Positions 1-10,385 are shown, numbered from the stretch's first letter. The stretch: DNA of 64,000 nucleotides from Aggregatilineales bacterium (GCA_038258185.1 JBBSQD010000006.1:279-64278); one strand, 5' to 3'. Notes: generated by a model from the letters alone, not told the origin. Program-made: numbers and translations.

Positions 1-579
1 GCGGATCCGACTGACCAACGCGGGAACACCGGTTGTCAGGGCCACAAAGGTCAGGGTAGCCAGCGGGACTTCAATGCCAGACGTGGTAGCCAGAAACACA
101 ATGGAGAGCATAGTTAAAATGCCTACAAGGATGGTTTCTTTCCACCCCAGAAGCAGACTGGCAAACAATACGCCTAAGGACAGGAAAAAGTAACTGGTCT
201 CCGAAATTCCTGTGAGGCTGTTAACATTTGCCAGAAGGATGGCGATATAAGGCGTGGCGATAATGAAATACGCCGCCCAGACATAATAGCGGCTACGGCT
301 GAGAAAGTAGGAAACCGCAATGACTACAAGGCCAGCAATGCCGCCTATATTAACGGTAGCACCAGCCTCCCCCGATAACATCGTCGCAATAGGGGCCTGA
401 AAAACGGTGATAATTGCCAATGGCAGTAAGACAAGCAGGAAAGTAGACAGATTGATTGCTTTGCGCCGGTCATCGCCCTCTAATAGGGGTGACGGGGCAA
501 CCAGACTGTCCCACAGGTCACGCCAGGTACGGCCAGAATCCGAATTGGTTTGTAGAGGTAAAATCCCCTGTTTTTCCAT
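1..579 (-). CDS. Polytopic membrane protein, N-terminal part (gene runs off the left edge)
   Basis: Manual translation of the minus strand from ATG at 579-577 (MEKQGILPLQTNSDSGRTWRDLW...) stays open to position 1. It contains several hydrophobic helices. This ORF is absent from the supplied track because it is edge-truncated. Confidence 0.55.
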   Translation of the reverse strand, partial: MEKQGILPLQTNSDSGRTWRDLWDSLVAPSPLLEGDDRRKAINLSTFLLVLLPLAIITVFQAPIATMLSGEAGATVNIGGIAGLVVIAVSYFLSRSRYYVWAAYFIIATPYIAILLANVNSLTGISETSYFFLSLGVLFASLLLGWKETILVGILTMLSIVFLATTSGIEVPLATLTFVALTTGVPALVSRIR

Positions 580-860
580 ACGTCATGTTCTCTTCATAAT
601 GAGTGGTCGAAAATGAACAGGGCCAATTTTTTACCCCATCCCAATAAGTATTGTAAATCAATTTTCTATGGCAAACGTTAAGATTATTACCTGTATGAAC
701 TTATATGGAGTAATAGATATGACCAATGTACTAGATTGATATTGTTTAAGGTCAGATTTTTACAGAATTATTTGCGTTATTGTAATATTGCAAATGTTGT
801 TTTTGTTGTGCTTCTTATTTACAATCTGTGCAACATCGGCCTATAAACTGGGATAATTGC

Positions 861-2234
861 ATGGAAAACAAGCTCAAATTATCGACCAATCGTTTTGAGT
901 GGCTCATTGCCGCCTTGTTCGCACTTGGCATTTTTGTCGCCTTCACCTTCTGGAGCGGCGTCCCCACTGATGAACGTGCCAATATATTCTGGCTCTTTGT
1001 CGTACTGCTGCTTATTTTTTCCACTGGGTTTGTTGCTATGTCATGGCATTTGATGTTTCGTCCCCTGCCAGAAAGACAACGCGCGGCGCCTGCTTTGGAG
1101 CTCTCTGTGGGTACGCGCCAGTTTTTATCCCTGCTGCTGGCTATCGGTGGCCTGTGCCTGGTCGTAGGGCCTTTCTGGGATGAGATCTGGCACCGGCAGT
1201 ATGGTATTCCATTTGGCGAGGATTTTTTCTGGCGGCCTCATCTGTTGCTTTATTTTGGTTTTGGCGCCGGTGTGATGGTCGGTTTCTGGGCATTGTCCTA
1301 TGTGGCGTTTCGCTCTAAAGGCAGCTTCCAGCAGCGTATGCGCGCCACACCGCTGATCGGCCTCGTGATCCTCAGCAGCCTTTTCCTGATGTATGTGGTA
1401 CCCGCCGACCCGGTCTGGCATATGGTCTATGGCCGTGACTTGTCCGCCTGGAGTATCCCGCATATTTTGCTTCTTATCAGCATTGCTATCGTGATGCTGA
1501 TGGCGGCTATCGTCCACCTTTCGACTGTACCTGTACGTCAATGGCAGGGCATCCACAAGATCAGCGCGCAGGATATCCTGCCGCTGCTGATGTTTGCCGC
1601 GATGATGATGCCCTGGTTACAAATTCTGATTCTGGACTGGGATCAGGCTTTTGTTGACCCCGCGCGTTTGGAGAATCGCTTCCGCCCTGAATGGCTGATG
1701 GCCGCGAATATTGTTTTCACGGCGACTTTCGCAGGGGTGATTGCGAATCGCAGTTTACGGCGGGTGGGTGCCGCGACTGTGACCGGTATCCTCGCGCTGA
1801 TAATGCGTTACCTCATGATTCAGATTTTCGGCGTGCAGGAGACTACTCATTATGATGCGTGGATATTGGCTCTGGCACCCATGATCGCTATTGACGTATG
1901 GATGGCTTACAAAATCCTGATCTCTAAGTCCGAGGTGCCGTGGTATACAACCGGGATCGCGGCGGCTGTCGGTATGCTGATCGCCGCTCCGCTGCTGACG
2001 GCGCTGTATCCGTTCCTGCCGATTGTCAATATTGTGGTGTTTGCGGCGGCGGTGCTGGTCGCGGGCCTGTCTGCCAGTTGGATCGGCACAAATGTCGGTG
2101 AGTATGCTGCTGTGGAAAACAAGCAACTCGCAGAACAAACCGCTTTCTACATGCCCGGTATTGCCATCGGCACATTGGTGACATTTCTGATTTTCGTGGT
2201 GATCTTTATCAATACGGCTCCTCCACCCGTATGA
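861..2234 (+). CDS. Multi-pass integral membrane protein of unknown function
   Basis: Long ORF 828..2234. The likely start is MENKLKL at 861. It has more than 10 hydrophobic segments, a repeated W-H-x-x-Y-G motif (WDEIWHRQYG, DPVWHMVYG), and a terminator downstream. Confidence 0.7.
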   Translation: MENKLKLSTNRFEWLIAALFALGIFVAFTFWSGVPTDERANIFWLFVVLLLIFSTGFVAMSWHLMFRPLPERQRAAPALELSVGTRQFLSLLLAIGGLCLVVGPFWDEIWHRQYGIPFGEDFFWRPHLLLYFGFGAGVMVGFWALSYVAFRSKGSFQQRMRATPLIGLVILSSLFLMYVVPADPVWHMVYGRDLSAWSIPHILLLISIAIVMLMAAIVHLSTVPVRQWQGIHKISAQDILPLLMFAAMMMPWLQILILDWDQAFVDPARLENRFRPEWLMAANIVFTATFAGVIANRSLRRVGAATVTGILALIMRYLMIQIFGVQETTHYDAWILALAPMIAIDVWMAYKILISKSEVPWYTTGIAAAVGMLIAAPLLTALYPFLPIVNIVVFAAAVLVAGLSASWIGTNVGEYAAVENKQLAEQTAFYMPGIAIGTLVTFLIFVVIFINTAPPPV

Positions 2235-2265
2235 CGAACCGCCTCTGAACAGGCTGGATGATTAA

Positions 2266-2300
2266 ACAGGGACATGGCCGAGTCGTGTCCCTGTTTTTTT
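2266..2300 (+). terminator. Intrinsic terminator after the membrane protein gene
   Basis: The stem acagggaca/tgtccctgt has an 11-nt loop and is followed by a T7 run (2294-2300). Confidence 0.75.
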
Positions 2301-2403
2301 GCCTTATATGCTGGTTAGGCTAAATTCCATGAGCAAGTGGCCGGTAGCGGACATGAACGATATTATGTGCTGCGAATATTGGGTCAGCGAGACAGGGCAA
2401 GCG

Positions 2404-3120
2404 ATGGACGAGAAACCCGCATCGAACGAGATTTATGATCAGGTTGCCGAGCGTTATGCGGAACTGGTCAAAACCAAACCGCACAATGCCTTTCTGGAAC
2501 GGCCCGCTATTCGGGCACTGGTACCGGACATTCGCGGCGGTCGGGTCCTGGATGCAGGTTGTGGATCAGGTGTTAATCTGCAATGGCTGATTGACCAGGG
2601 CGCGCACGAGGTGGTTGGGATTGATGTCAGCGCAAAGATGATCGAGATTGCCGCGCGCGAGGCCATTCCCAATGTATCGCTGTTCATCGCGGATATGAGT
2701 CACCCGCTTGATTTGCTGGAAACAGACTCATTTGATCTGGTGTTGTCATCGCTGGTCGTGCATTACATTGAGGATCAGCAGGCGTTTTTCGCAGAGATGG
2801 CGCGGTTACTGCGACCAGGTGGCCGCTTCGTATTTTCGACTCACCATCCACAGAGTGATTTTAGCTGGCATCCGGGTAATTATTTCGAGACGGTTTATGT
2901 CACTGATGAATGGCGCGGCTTTGCGGATGAAGCGATTAAGGTGTCTTTTTATCGTCGTCCACTGAGTGCCATTACTGAAGCGCTCACCGACGCGGGCTTT
3001 ATTATCGAGCGCCTGACCGAGCCTCAACCCACTCAGGATTATCTAAAGGCCGACCCGGCAGGCTATGAAAAAGCGCGACAGCAGCCCGCATTTTTATGTA
3101 TACGGGCTCACTTACGTTAA
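2404..3120 (+). CDS. Class I SAM-dependent methyltransferase
   Basis: SAM-binding motif I is VLDAGCGSGVNLQWL, with motif post-I/II (VVGIDVS, DLVLSSLVVHY). The start is placed at MDEKPAS (2404) because the ORF track start at 2299 overlaps the upstream terminator. Confidence 0.85.
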   Translation: MDEKPASNEIYDQVAERYAELVKTKPHNAFLERPAIRALVPDIRGGRVLDAGCGSGVNLQWLIDQGAHEVVGIDVSAKMIEIAAREAIPNVSLFIADMSHPLDLLETDSFDLVLSSLVVHYIEDQQAFFAEMARLLRPGGRFVFSTHHPQSDFSWHPGNYFETVYVTDEWRGFADEAIKVSFYRRPLSAITEALTDAGFIIERLTEPQPTQDYLKADPAGYEKARQQPAFLCIRAHLR

Positions 3121-3150
3121 AGTCTACCCTCAGATAGCTCTTCTAATTCC

Positions 3151-4065
3151 TCACTCAGCCAGGGGGACTGTTTCAACGACTTCTGTTGTTTGACGCAGGT
3201 TATTGAATACAGTCTGTGGCACGTGCAGGCGGTCATCACTGTTGTAAAGTATTTGCAACTTGTCAAATGTTTCATCGGGTATCTGTGTCAATGCCGCAAG
3301 CTGATCATAGAAGCTGAGCTGTTCTTCGGTGAAAGTAGCGTCTGGCATGGGGGTGGCGCCCCACACGTCCCATGGAAGCATCTCCATTTTATTGAGCGAT
3401 GCCGCGTCACGCACCAGATTGCCTGCAATGAACCACAGACCCTTCATGCCCTCATAGAATCCGATGCCAAATTGTTCCGGGCTTGCTTCCCCATTACGGC
3501 AGCGCATCCAGGCATCTGCTGCAACCCAGAATTGATCACGAGATACGTCCAGCACATCCCACTGAATCGCGAGTTTTTCCTGCCACACTTCGTCCATCTG
3601 AGCATCTACTAATACCCAACGCCCCTCAGTAGCGTTCCAGTACTCGCAGACCCAATGGTCTTCATAGCGACCTGGGCCAAAGTAGGCGGCGAAACCGCAG
3701 CGCGCTCGTGCCGGGATACCCCTGGCTCGCAGCAGCGTTACGATAAGTTTGGTGAATGCGTGACAGCGGCAGCCGATCCGATGTTCGGGAACGCGCTCGG
3801 CGGTCAGTGGTTGATCGTCCACTGCAAACAGTGCATCCAGCATTGCTTCAACTGAACGCAAGTGAATATCGGCAGCACGCTCATCGGAGAGGGTGATGCC
3901 GTAGAAATCGTTTGCAACAACATCGTAGATACCCAACTCGTGCACCACCTGTACCAGTTGATCCACGTTGTCAGGGAGGTCTTTCAGACGTCGAGCATGT
4001 TTTCCTGGGTGGGTCAACGGACCAGCGGCAGCATAATAGTCCAGAATATTCTTGTGGTTAGTCAT
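3151..4065 (-). CDS. Transglutaminase-like cysteine protease superfamily protein
   Basis: Cys-His-Asp core pattern: CRCHAFTKLIVTLLRARGIPARARCGF, then EDHWVCEYW, then VLVDAQ. The gene lies 4 nt downstream of the MerR gene, so the two are probably an operon. Confidence 0.75.
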   Translation of the reverse strand: MTNHKNILDYYAAAGPLTHPGKHARRLKDLPDNVDQLVQVVHELGIYDVVANDFYGITLSDERAADIHLRSVEAMLDALFAVDDQPLTAERVPEHRIGCRCHAFTKLIVTLLRARGIPARARCGFAAYFGPGRYEDHWVCEYWNATEGRWVLVDAQMDEVWQEKLAIQWDVLDVSRDQFWVAADAWMRCRNGEASPEQFGIGFYEGMKGLWFIAGNLVRDAASLNKMEMLPWDVWGATPMPDATFTEEQLSFYDQLAALTQIPDETFDKLQILYNSDDRLHVPQTVFNNLRQTTEVVETVPLAE

Positions 4066-4069
4066 GATA

Positions 4070-4897
4070 TTATTCCTTTTTGTGATCTAATTGCGCATCA
4101 GAAACGGGAAATTGAAGCTCGGTCAGAAACTCCGATGGGTTGCTTGTGTGAGCTGGACTGCGATGGTAAATTTCGTACACAGGCCCAATGCGTTGGTAAC
4201 CGCTGTGATACATCCAATTGCCTAATGCCATCCCAGTCTGCCGAATCGTACGATAGTCACCGCGATGCAGCACACTGGCAACAGCGGCCCCGGCTATAAT
4301 GCGCTGACATTCGAGATTGCCTAAGGATGAGGGGAGAGCCATCACTGGCGCACCCACGAACAGGTCGATCCCATCGGATTCGACTTCGAAGTACAGATGC
4401 ACCAGGGGTTCGCCGGGGACAATGAGTTTCTTTTGCAGTTCTTTGAGCACAATCTGAACGAACGGCGCAATAGAGGCCTGGTCAGGTAAGGTTTGGCGTT
4501 GCCCCACCAGGGTATAGGCTTCGGTCTGTTTGAGAACAAAATCGTAATGCACATCATCTGCCATGACTTTTAACTGCTGGCTGCGGGCAAGTAAACGTTG
4601 CAGCCGCGCTTGCTCCTTGTTCACGACCTGTTGCTGATCCACAATTCGCTCTGTGACCAGTGCCATGACTGCCTCGCTATCGTGGGTGGTGAGCAGGCTT
4701 TCAATCTCATCCAGCGCAAATCCACAGTCTTTGAGTGCCATGATACGCATCATGTCTGCCAGTTGGTCGATCTTGTACAGTCGGTATCCATTCTCCGGAT
4801 CAGTCATGGCCGGCATCAATAGCCCGATTTTGTCGTAGTGTCTCAGGGTTTTAATCGAAACCTGAGCAATGCGTGCAAACTCACCAATTTTCAACAT
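4070..4897 (-). CDS. MerR-family transcriptional regulator with a GyrI-like effector-binding domain
   Basis: N-terminal MerR helix-turn-helix MLKIGEFARIAQVSIKTLRHYDKIGLL. A coiled-coil linker follows, then a C-terminal ~150 aa GyrI-like region. GAGGAGG lies just upstream of the ATG at 4897. Confidence 0.85.
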   Translation of the reverse strand: MLKIGEFARIAQVSIKTLRHYDKIGLLMPAMTDPENGYRLYKIDQLADMMRIMALKDCGFALDEIESLLTTHDSEAVMALVTERIVDQQQVVNKEQARLQRLLARSQQLKVMADDVHYDFVLKQTEAYTLVGQRQTLPDQASIAPFVQIVLKELQKKLIVPGEPLVHLYFEVESDGIDLFVGAPVMALPSSLGNLECQRIIAGAAVASVLHRGDYRTIRQTGMALGNWMYHSGYQRIGPVYEIYHRSPAHTSNPSEFLTELQFPVSDAQLDHKKE

Positions 4898-5026
4898 AAG
4901 CCTCCTCACGACTTTGAGCATAAGGCATACCCTAAGGGGAGAGTCAAGAAATTTTTCGTCTGATTTTAAAGGTTTTTGTCAGGGAAGTGAGGGTGATGAG
5001 GTTCAAAGCATGACTGTAAACTAAAC

Positions 5027-5460
5027 TTAATACGGCCAGTTGCGATAACGCACATGCTCTTTGAGGTGGCGCAGCAACAGCGGGAAATCCGTCAGATGGG
5101 CGGCGCGGCATTCCAGCACTTTGCGTTGGTTGGCATCCCAGATCGTCAGCACACGCTGCTCTGGACGATGGTCGAAATACCAGTTGTCCAGATGATCAAA
5201 CGCATAATAACGCGGCACATGCACCCGTCGGACAATGCCATGCGGCAGGATATCAATGCCTTCCTGCCAGACATACAGCGCGGGTAACCCCATAAATGCC
5301 AGTGGGATTAACAAGCGCACATCCAGCCAGATGCCGGATTCGCGCCAGCGAAGCATCAGCGTCAGCAGCAGGATAAAGATTGGCGCCAGCCACAGCACAG
5401 TCAACCCCACGCGATAGATGCCCGGCAGGCGGTGGCGGCTGATGATGGGTGATTCAGTCA
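5027..5460 (-). CDS. Small membrane protein, unknown function
   Basis: ORF 5027..5527. I place the start at MTESPIIS (5460), which has GGAGG 9 nt upstream. The longer N-terminus in the track is encoded by the terminal repeat of the adjacent IS. Two hydrophobic helices are present. Confidence 0.6.
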
Positions 5461-5502
5461 TGGCAGATAACCTCCAACTAAGTCTCTGGCACGCTTCTGT
5501 AA

Positions 5503-6460
5503 ATTTAGTATCTATCCGAGAAATCAATTAGGACTTGAAAAGACAGATGAAACTCGCTGAAATTGGAATTGTCCAAAACCCCAAAGGAGCGAGTTCATCA
5601 TGTCTAAGAATGATAATGAAAAACCGAAAAATGTCGATTACTTTAAAGTACCAAAACCGTTGTGGAAACGGATTAAGAAGTTGTTTCCTGACCAAACCAA
5701 GAAACGGGGCAAGGGTCGCCCACCAGCCAATAATCGTGCGATATTAAACGGGATTTGGTATGTATTGTGGACAGGATGCCAATGGAAAGCGGTCAAACGC
5801 AAATGGTTTGGTGTGGCAAGTAGCGTCTTACATGAACGTTTTCAAACATGGCAAGCAAATGGTTTGTTTGAAAAAATCATGAAAATCATGCTCAAGTTCT
5901 ATCACAAACGGCGCAAAATAAAGTGGAAATGGCAAGCGATTGATAGCAAATCATGTCCCTCACCACTTGGTGGCACTCAAACGGGTAAGAATCCAACGGA
6001 CAGAGGCAAAAAAGGTGCAAAGTTACATCTATTGGTTGACAAACGTGGTGCACCTCTGGCAATTCATGTCACAGGCGCAAATGAGCATGACAAATGGTCA
6101 GCAGATGATTTGATTATTTCAGTTGTTGTGCCCCGACCCAAAAAGAAAAAGCAACATCTGTGTGCCGACAAAGGCTATGATTCTCAAGATGTACGTGATT
6201 TTGTTGAAAAAGAACGGTTCATTGCACACATCAAGCATCGTAGACGACGCGGTGAACCTGTTGTTGAAGAATGCCCCATACCCGGTGAAACACAACATCC
6301 TGCCCGACGATGGGTCGTGGAGCGCACATTGGGCTGGCTCACAAAACGACGCAGTATTCGCGTTCGCTGGTGCAAGAAATTTGAAAATTGGAAAGCTTTT
6401 ATTCAATTTGCTTGCACCCATATTTTGTTTAATTTAGCATTTTACGGATAGATACTAAAT
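5503..6460 (+). mobile_element. IS5-family insertion sequence (single transposase ORF, 16-bp perfect terminal inverted repeats)
   Basis: atttagtatctatccg at 5503-5518 is the exact reverse complement of cggatagatactaaat at 6445-6460. Together they bracket the transposase ORF. The element is visibly more AT-rich than its flanks. Confidence 0.85.
5600..6451 (+). CDS. IS5-family DDE transposase (DUF4096-type N-terminus + DDE_Tnp_1-type catalytic domain)
   Basis: N-terminal GRPPANNRAILNGIWYVLWTGCQWKAV. DDE candidates are AIDSK, CADKGYD and RWVVERTLGWLTKRR. The 283-aa ORF is uninterrupted. Confidence 0.9.
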   Translation: MSKNDNEKPKNVDYFKVPKPLWKRIKKLFPDQTKKRGKGRPPANNRAILNGIWYVLWTGCQWKAVKRKWFGVASSVLHERFQTWQANGLFEKIMKIMLKFYHKRRKIKWKWQAIDSKSCPSPLGGTQTGKNPTDRGKKGAKLHLLVDKRGAPLAIHVTGANEHDKWSADDLIISVVVPRPKKKKQHLCADKGYDSQDVRDFVEKERFIAHIKHRRRRGEPVVEECPIPGETQHPARRWVVERTLGWLTKRRSIRVRWCKKFENWKAFIQFACTHILFNLAFYG

Positions 6461-6545
6461 GATATATCAAATATCCTGTACTTTCATGTCGATTGGACTG
6501 ATGGTGCATGCCAGACAGATCAGCGGCTTACGGTAAAACAGGATT

Positions 6546-6866
6546 TTACGCTTCTGGTTTCAGTTCGACAATCACGCCTGAACCCCACTTGTATTTGACC
6601 ACCATCAACTGGCTGACTGCTGCGGACAATTCCGGTTCTTCATCGGCATCAATTACACGGCCACTACCTTGATAGGTTTGCTCACCCACACGAAACGTAA
6701 TCGCCGGGTTATGCTGGATATTCTGCACCCAGTCGGACTTTTCTCCACCGCCCGAAACCAGATAATAGCAACCGTCGTGTGCCACAAACCAGATCTCAAT
6801 CTCATGAGGATCGCCCGTTTTGCGTCCGGTTGTGATCAGATAAAGATATTGCGGTTCTTCCATCAC
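6546..6866 (-). CDS. PNPOx-like / deazaflavin (F420)-dependent nitroreductase family protein (DUF385-like)
   Basis: Motif pattern TTGRKTG...E.W......YYLVSGGGEKSDWVQNIQHNPAITFRVG is typical of the Ddn/DUF385 split-barrel family. The protein is short (106 aa). Confidence 0.65.
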   Translation of the reverse strand: MMEEPQYLYLITTGRKTGDPHEIEIWFVAHDGCYYLVSGGGEKSDWVQNIQHNPAITFRVGEQTYQGSGRVIDADEEPELSAAVSQLMVVKYKWGSGVIVELKPEA

Positions 6867-7031
6867 TAAAAGCCCTCATTAAAGCATGTTTACCAACTAT
6901 AACGGCTGCCTGTCCTGGCGACTACTGGACTTTGGTTGGGTAAAGGTGACCAATAATGCTGGCAACCACCACCAGAACACGGCACAATAGCCTTAATATT
7001 GACTCTTAAACACAAAGGAACAGAGAGCAAG

Positions 7032-8597
7032 ATGGCTATTGAAATTACTGGCCCACTCACGCCGCCGTTTGATGAAATTCTCACCCCGCAGGCGCTGGAT
7101 TTTATCGCGACGCTGCACCGCGAATTTAACCCACGCCGGGTCGCGCTGCTGGAAAAACGCGCCGAGCGCATGACCGATCTGCAGAATGGCAAACTCCCGG
7201 ATTTCCTGCCAGAAACCGCAGAAATTCGCGAAGGCGGCTGGCAGGTCGCCGCGACCCCGCCGGATTTGCAGAAGCGCTGGGCAGAAATCACCGGCCCGGC
7301 GGATCGCAAAATGATGATTAACGCCCTCAATTCTGGCGCGGATATGTTCATGGTGGATTTTGAAGATTCGCTGTCCCCCCATTGGGAAATCGTCGTGCAG
7401 GGGCAGATCAATCTGCGCGACGCGATCCGCCGCGAGATCAGCTTTGAAAACCCCGATGGTCGCCTGTACACACTCAATGACCAGACCGCTGTAATGCTGG
7501 TGCGTCCGCGCGGCTGGCACCTGACCGAAAAACATGTGCTGGTCGACGGTGCGCCGATTTCGGCCAGCCTGTTCGACTTCGGCCTGTATTTCTTTCACAA
7601 TGCACGTGTGCTGCTTGCCAATGGCAGCGGCCCGTATTTCTATCTGCCCAAGCTGGAAAGTCATCTGGAAGCGCGCCTGTGGAATGATGTCTTTAATTTC
7701 GCCCAGGACTCCGTCGGCATCCAGCGCGGGACGATTCGCGCCACCGTGTTAATCGAAACGATTCTGGCAGCCTATGAAATTGAGGAAATTCTCTACGAGC
7801 TGCGCGATCACTCCGCTGGCTGTAACGCGGGACGCTGGGATTATATTTTCAGCATGATTAAAAAATTCGCCCAGCGTGAGGATTTTATTCTGCCGGATCG
7901 CGCTCAGATCACCATGACAGTGCCTTTCATGCGGGCTTATACTGAACTGCTGGTGCGCACCTGTCATAAACGTGGCGCCCATGCTATCGGCGGGATGGCG
8001 GCATTTATCCCCAGCCGCCGTGATGCCGAAGTAAACGACCTGGCGATGTCCAAAGTGCGCGAAGATAAGCAACGTGAAGCCCATGACGGCTTTGATGGCA
8101 CCTGGGTAGCCCACCCTGACCTTGTGCCGATTACCCGCGAAATCTTCGAGAAAACCCTGGGTGATAAACTCAATCAGAAAGATCGCTTACGCGAAGATGT
8201 CAGCGTCAGCGCGGCGGATCTGGTCAACACCAATATTACCGACGCGGCCATCACCGAAGCAGGACTACGCAGTAATATCAGTGTCGGCCTGCAATACCTC
8301 AATGCGTGGCTGGATGGCAACGGCGCGGCAGCGATTTATAATCTGATGGAAGATGTCGCCACCGCTGAAATCTCACGGGCGCAGCTCTGGCAGTGGCGCT
8401 ACCATAAAGCCAAATTAAGTGATGGCCGTGCCATAGATCAGGCGCTGTACAGCCAACTGCGCGATGAAGAACTGGAAAAACTCGGTGGCGAGTCCGCCGA
8501 GCATTATGGGGATGCATCCGAGATTCTGGACAAGCTGGTCTTGTCGGACGAATTTGTAGAATTCCTGACCTTCATTGCCTACGATTATCTCGATTAA
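7032..8597 (+). CDS. aceB: Malate synthase A
   Basis: About 520 aa with hallmark segments: [55 protein letters not shown]-like ([12 protein letters not shown]) and HPDLV. The start is MAIEITG at 7032. Confidence 0.95.
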   Translation: MAIEITGPLTPPFDEILTPQALDFIATLHREFNPRRVALLEKRAERMTDLQNGKLPDFLPETAEIREGGWQVAATPPDLQKRWAEITGPADRKMMINALNSGADMFMVDFEDSLSPHWEIVVQGQINLRDAIRREISFENPDGRLYTLNDQTAVMLVRPRGWHLTEKHVLVDGAPISASLFDFGLYFFHNARVLLANGSGPYFYLPKLESHLEARLWNDVFNFAQDSVGIQRGTIRATVLIETILAAYEIEEILYELRDHSAGCNAGRWDYIFSMIKKFAQREDFILPDRAQITMTVPFMRAYTELLVRTCHKRGAHAIGGMAAFIPSRRDAEVNDLAMSKVREDKQREAHDGFDGTWVAHPDLVPITREIFEKTLGDKLNQKDRLREDVSVSAADLVNTNITDAAITEAGLRSNISVGLQYLNAWLDGNGAAAIYNLMEDVATAEISRAQLWQWRYHKAKLSDGRAIDQALYSQLRDEELEKLGGESAEHYGDASEILDKLVLSDEFVEFLTFIAYDYLD

Positions 8598-8636
8598 ACA
8601 GCCGGATATTACTGGTCCAGAAAAGGTGATTTGAAT

Positions 8637-9545
8637 ATGCAGCGGGCAACTAAAGAAACACTATATTTTGAAACAGGTGCGGATAATCCGGTGACGCTGC
8701 GGGTGCAGCCCGGTGAAACTTTTGAAATCGAAACCCAGATGAACGCCGGCCCGTGGCTGGATACCCACCCCAACGGCGCGGCATTGCGTCAGAAAATTCG
8801 CGGCGGCAATCCATCCAGCGGCTGTATCTATGTCGAAGGCGCGCAACCCGGCCAGATGCTGACCGTTTACATCGGCCCGATTGACCTTGATCCGATTGGC
8901 TATACCAGCTTTGGCGGTCAGAACGGTGCTATGCCCGGTTGGCTGGGCGGCTCCGGCATTGGCCGCCAGAGCCGCGTCGTCGAAATCAAAGACGGCCTTG
9001 TCCATTGGAGCGACCAGCTAAAACTGCCCGTCGCACCCATGATGGGATTTGTCGGAGTCGCGCCTGCCCATGAGCGCTACCACAACGGCTGGGGTAGTTA
9101 TTGGGGCGGCAATTTCGACGTGCAGGAGATCACAACGGGCGCGTCAGTCCAGTTAGCCATCCACCATCCGGGGGCGCTGCTGCACATCGGCGATATGCAC
9201 GCCATTCAGGGTGATGGTGAAATCTGTGGAGCAGGTGGGATTGAGGCTGAAGGGCGCGTGCAGATCCGCTGTGAACTGAGCGATAAACCCGCGTCAATGT
9301 ACTGGCCGCGCATCATCAACGACACGCACATCATGACTGTTGCGATGGCGCGTCCTGCTGAAGATGCCTTCCGGCTGGCGCTGGAATCGCTGGTGCTGTG
9401 GCTGGAAGAAGATTATGGTTTCTCGCGCGGCGAAGCCTATCTCTACCTGGGGCAAGTGCTGGAGGCGCGCTGCACACAGTTCGTCAACCCGACTTTTACC
9501 TATGTCGCCAAGATCGCGCGGCGCTTTCTGCCGGAAATTGGCTGA
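8637..9545 (+). CDS. Acetamidase/formamidase family amidohydrolase
   Basis: GDMHAIQGDGEICGAGGIE is the FmdA/AmdA signature, and the ~300 aa size fits. ATG at 8637 is preceded by aaaagg. Confidence 0.85.
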   Translation: MQRATKETLYFETGADNPVTLRVQPGETFEIETQMNAGPWLDTHPNGAALRQKIRGGNPSSGCIYVEGAQPGQMLTVYIGPIDLDPIGYTSFGGQNGAMPGWLGGSGIGRQSRVVEIKDGLVHWSDQLKLPVAPMMGFVGVAPAHERYHNGWGSYWGGNFDVQEITTGASVQLAIHHPGALLHIGDMHAIQGDGEICGAGGIEAEGRVQIRCELSDKPASMYWPRIINDTHIMTVAMARPAEDAFRLALESLVLWLEEDYGFSRGEAYLYLGQVLEARCTQFVNPTFTYVAKIARRFLPEIG

Positions 9546-9550
9546 TTTTC

Positions 9551-9580
9551 CGGGGCGGAATCATCCGCCCCGTTTCTGTT
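9551..9580. terminator. Hairpin terminator between convergent genes
   Basis: Perfect 9-bp stem cggggcgga/tccgccccg with a 4-nt loop, followed by tttctgtttc. Confidence 0.7.
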
Positions 9581-9581
9581 T

Positions 9582-10385
9582 CTATTCAGCTTTGGGATAA
9601 CGATGGTGGCGGATGTAGGTCTGGTCATCAGTGATGCTGACGACATTAAAACCGGGGTCAGCATCCGGCTCATAAGTCGTATCGGTCTGACCCGGCCAGC
9701 CGTGAATCTGATACCAGCTGCTCAACACGCTGCAATAGAGAATGCCATCGCGCAGTACCTGCTGATTCTGATGAATGTGGCCGAAGAATACCCCGCGCAG
9801 ACGTTCCCGCGCAGGCAGTAAAACACGATGGAAATCCTCACCATTGGTCATCCGCATAAATTCATCCAGCCACGGCACACCCACCGCCAGCGCATTATGA
9901 TGCACTGCCACCACCAGCGAACGGTCATCGGGTTCTTTACACAGTTTTTGAAGCCAGTCGAGCTGTTCATCCACAATAAAACCCGCCGGGTCAGGTGCTG
10001 GCCCGTTGCTGTCCAGACAAACAATCTGCACGTTACCGGCATCAAATGTGTAATGGTAATAAGGCTTGATATTTTCTTCCTGCAAAAAAACCCGCTGCAA
10101 CATCTGCGAATCATCATGGTTACCGGGGATATAATGGACGGGATATTGAATTTCATTCAGGATTTCCCGCGCCAGCAGATAATTGGCTTCGGTCGCTTCC
10201 GCCGCGACATCCCCGGTATGCAGCACAAAATCCGGCTTGAACGGCAAGTTATTGATCTGACGTACCAGCGCACGGGCAGCTTCTGCCGGGGGGACGGCCT
10301 GATTGGCATTGGTAACAGACGGGTCAGCGGTAATGTGAGTGTCGCTGATGTGAATAAAACGGATAACAGGCTCAGCCATGCGCAT
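9582..10385 (-). CDS. Metallophosphoesterase (CpdA-like calcineurin-fold phosphodiesterase)
   Basis: Ordered motifs are IHISDTH, HTGDV, GNHD, VHH and GHIH. Confidence 0.85.
   Translation of the reverse strand: MRMAEPVIRFIHISDTHITADPSVTNANQAVPPAEAARALVRQINNLPFKPDFVLHTGDVAAEATEANYLLAREILNEIQYPVHYIPGNHDDSQMLQRVFLQEENIKPYYHYTFDAGNVQIVCLDSNGPAPDPAGFIVDEQLDWLQKLCKEPDDRSLVVAVHHNALAVGVPWLDEFMRMTNGEDFHRVLLPARERLRGVFFGHIHQNQQVLRDGILYCSVLSSWYQIHGWPGQTDTTYEPDADPGFNVVSITDDQTYIRHHRYPKAE

Noticed and set aside
407-616. 69-aa plus-strand ORF at the left end.
   Set aside because: It lies antisense to a longer, edge-truncated minus-strand membrane-protein ORF (1..579) with a coherent hydrophobic pattern. The plus-strand product is Arg/Ser-rich nonsense.
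2299-2403. Upstream extension of the methyltransferase ORF.
   Set aside because: It starts within the T-tract of the upstream terminator and encodes no conserved sequence. The internal ATG at 2404 precedes the conserved domain.
5461-5527. N-terminal extension (MISRIDTKFTEACQRLSWRLSA) of ORF 5027..5527.
   Set aside because: Codons beyond 5502 are supplied by the IS terminal repeat. An RBS-supported ATG exists at 5460.
5535-5747. 70-aa ORF overlapping the transposase start in another frame (possible orfA for programmed frameshifting).
   Set aside because: The 283-aa ORF 5600..6451 already contains both the DUF4096-like N-terminus and the DDE domain in one frame. No frameshift is needed.
6890-7664. 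Two long minus-strand ORFs (195 and 223 aa) inside the malate synthase gene.
   Set aside because: They are antisense shadow ORFs in a GC-rich gene. Their products are Arg/Ala/Ser-rich with no motifs, whereas the plus-strand product is an unmistakable malate synthase A.
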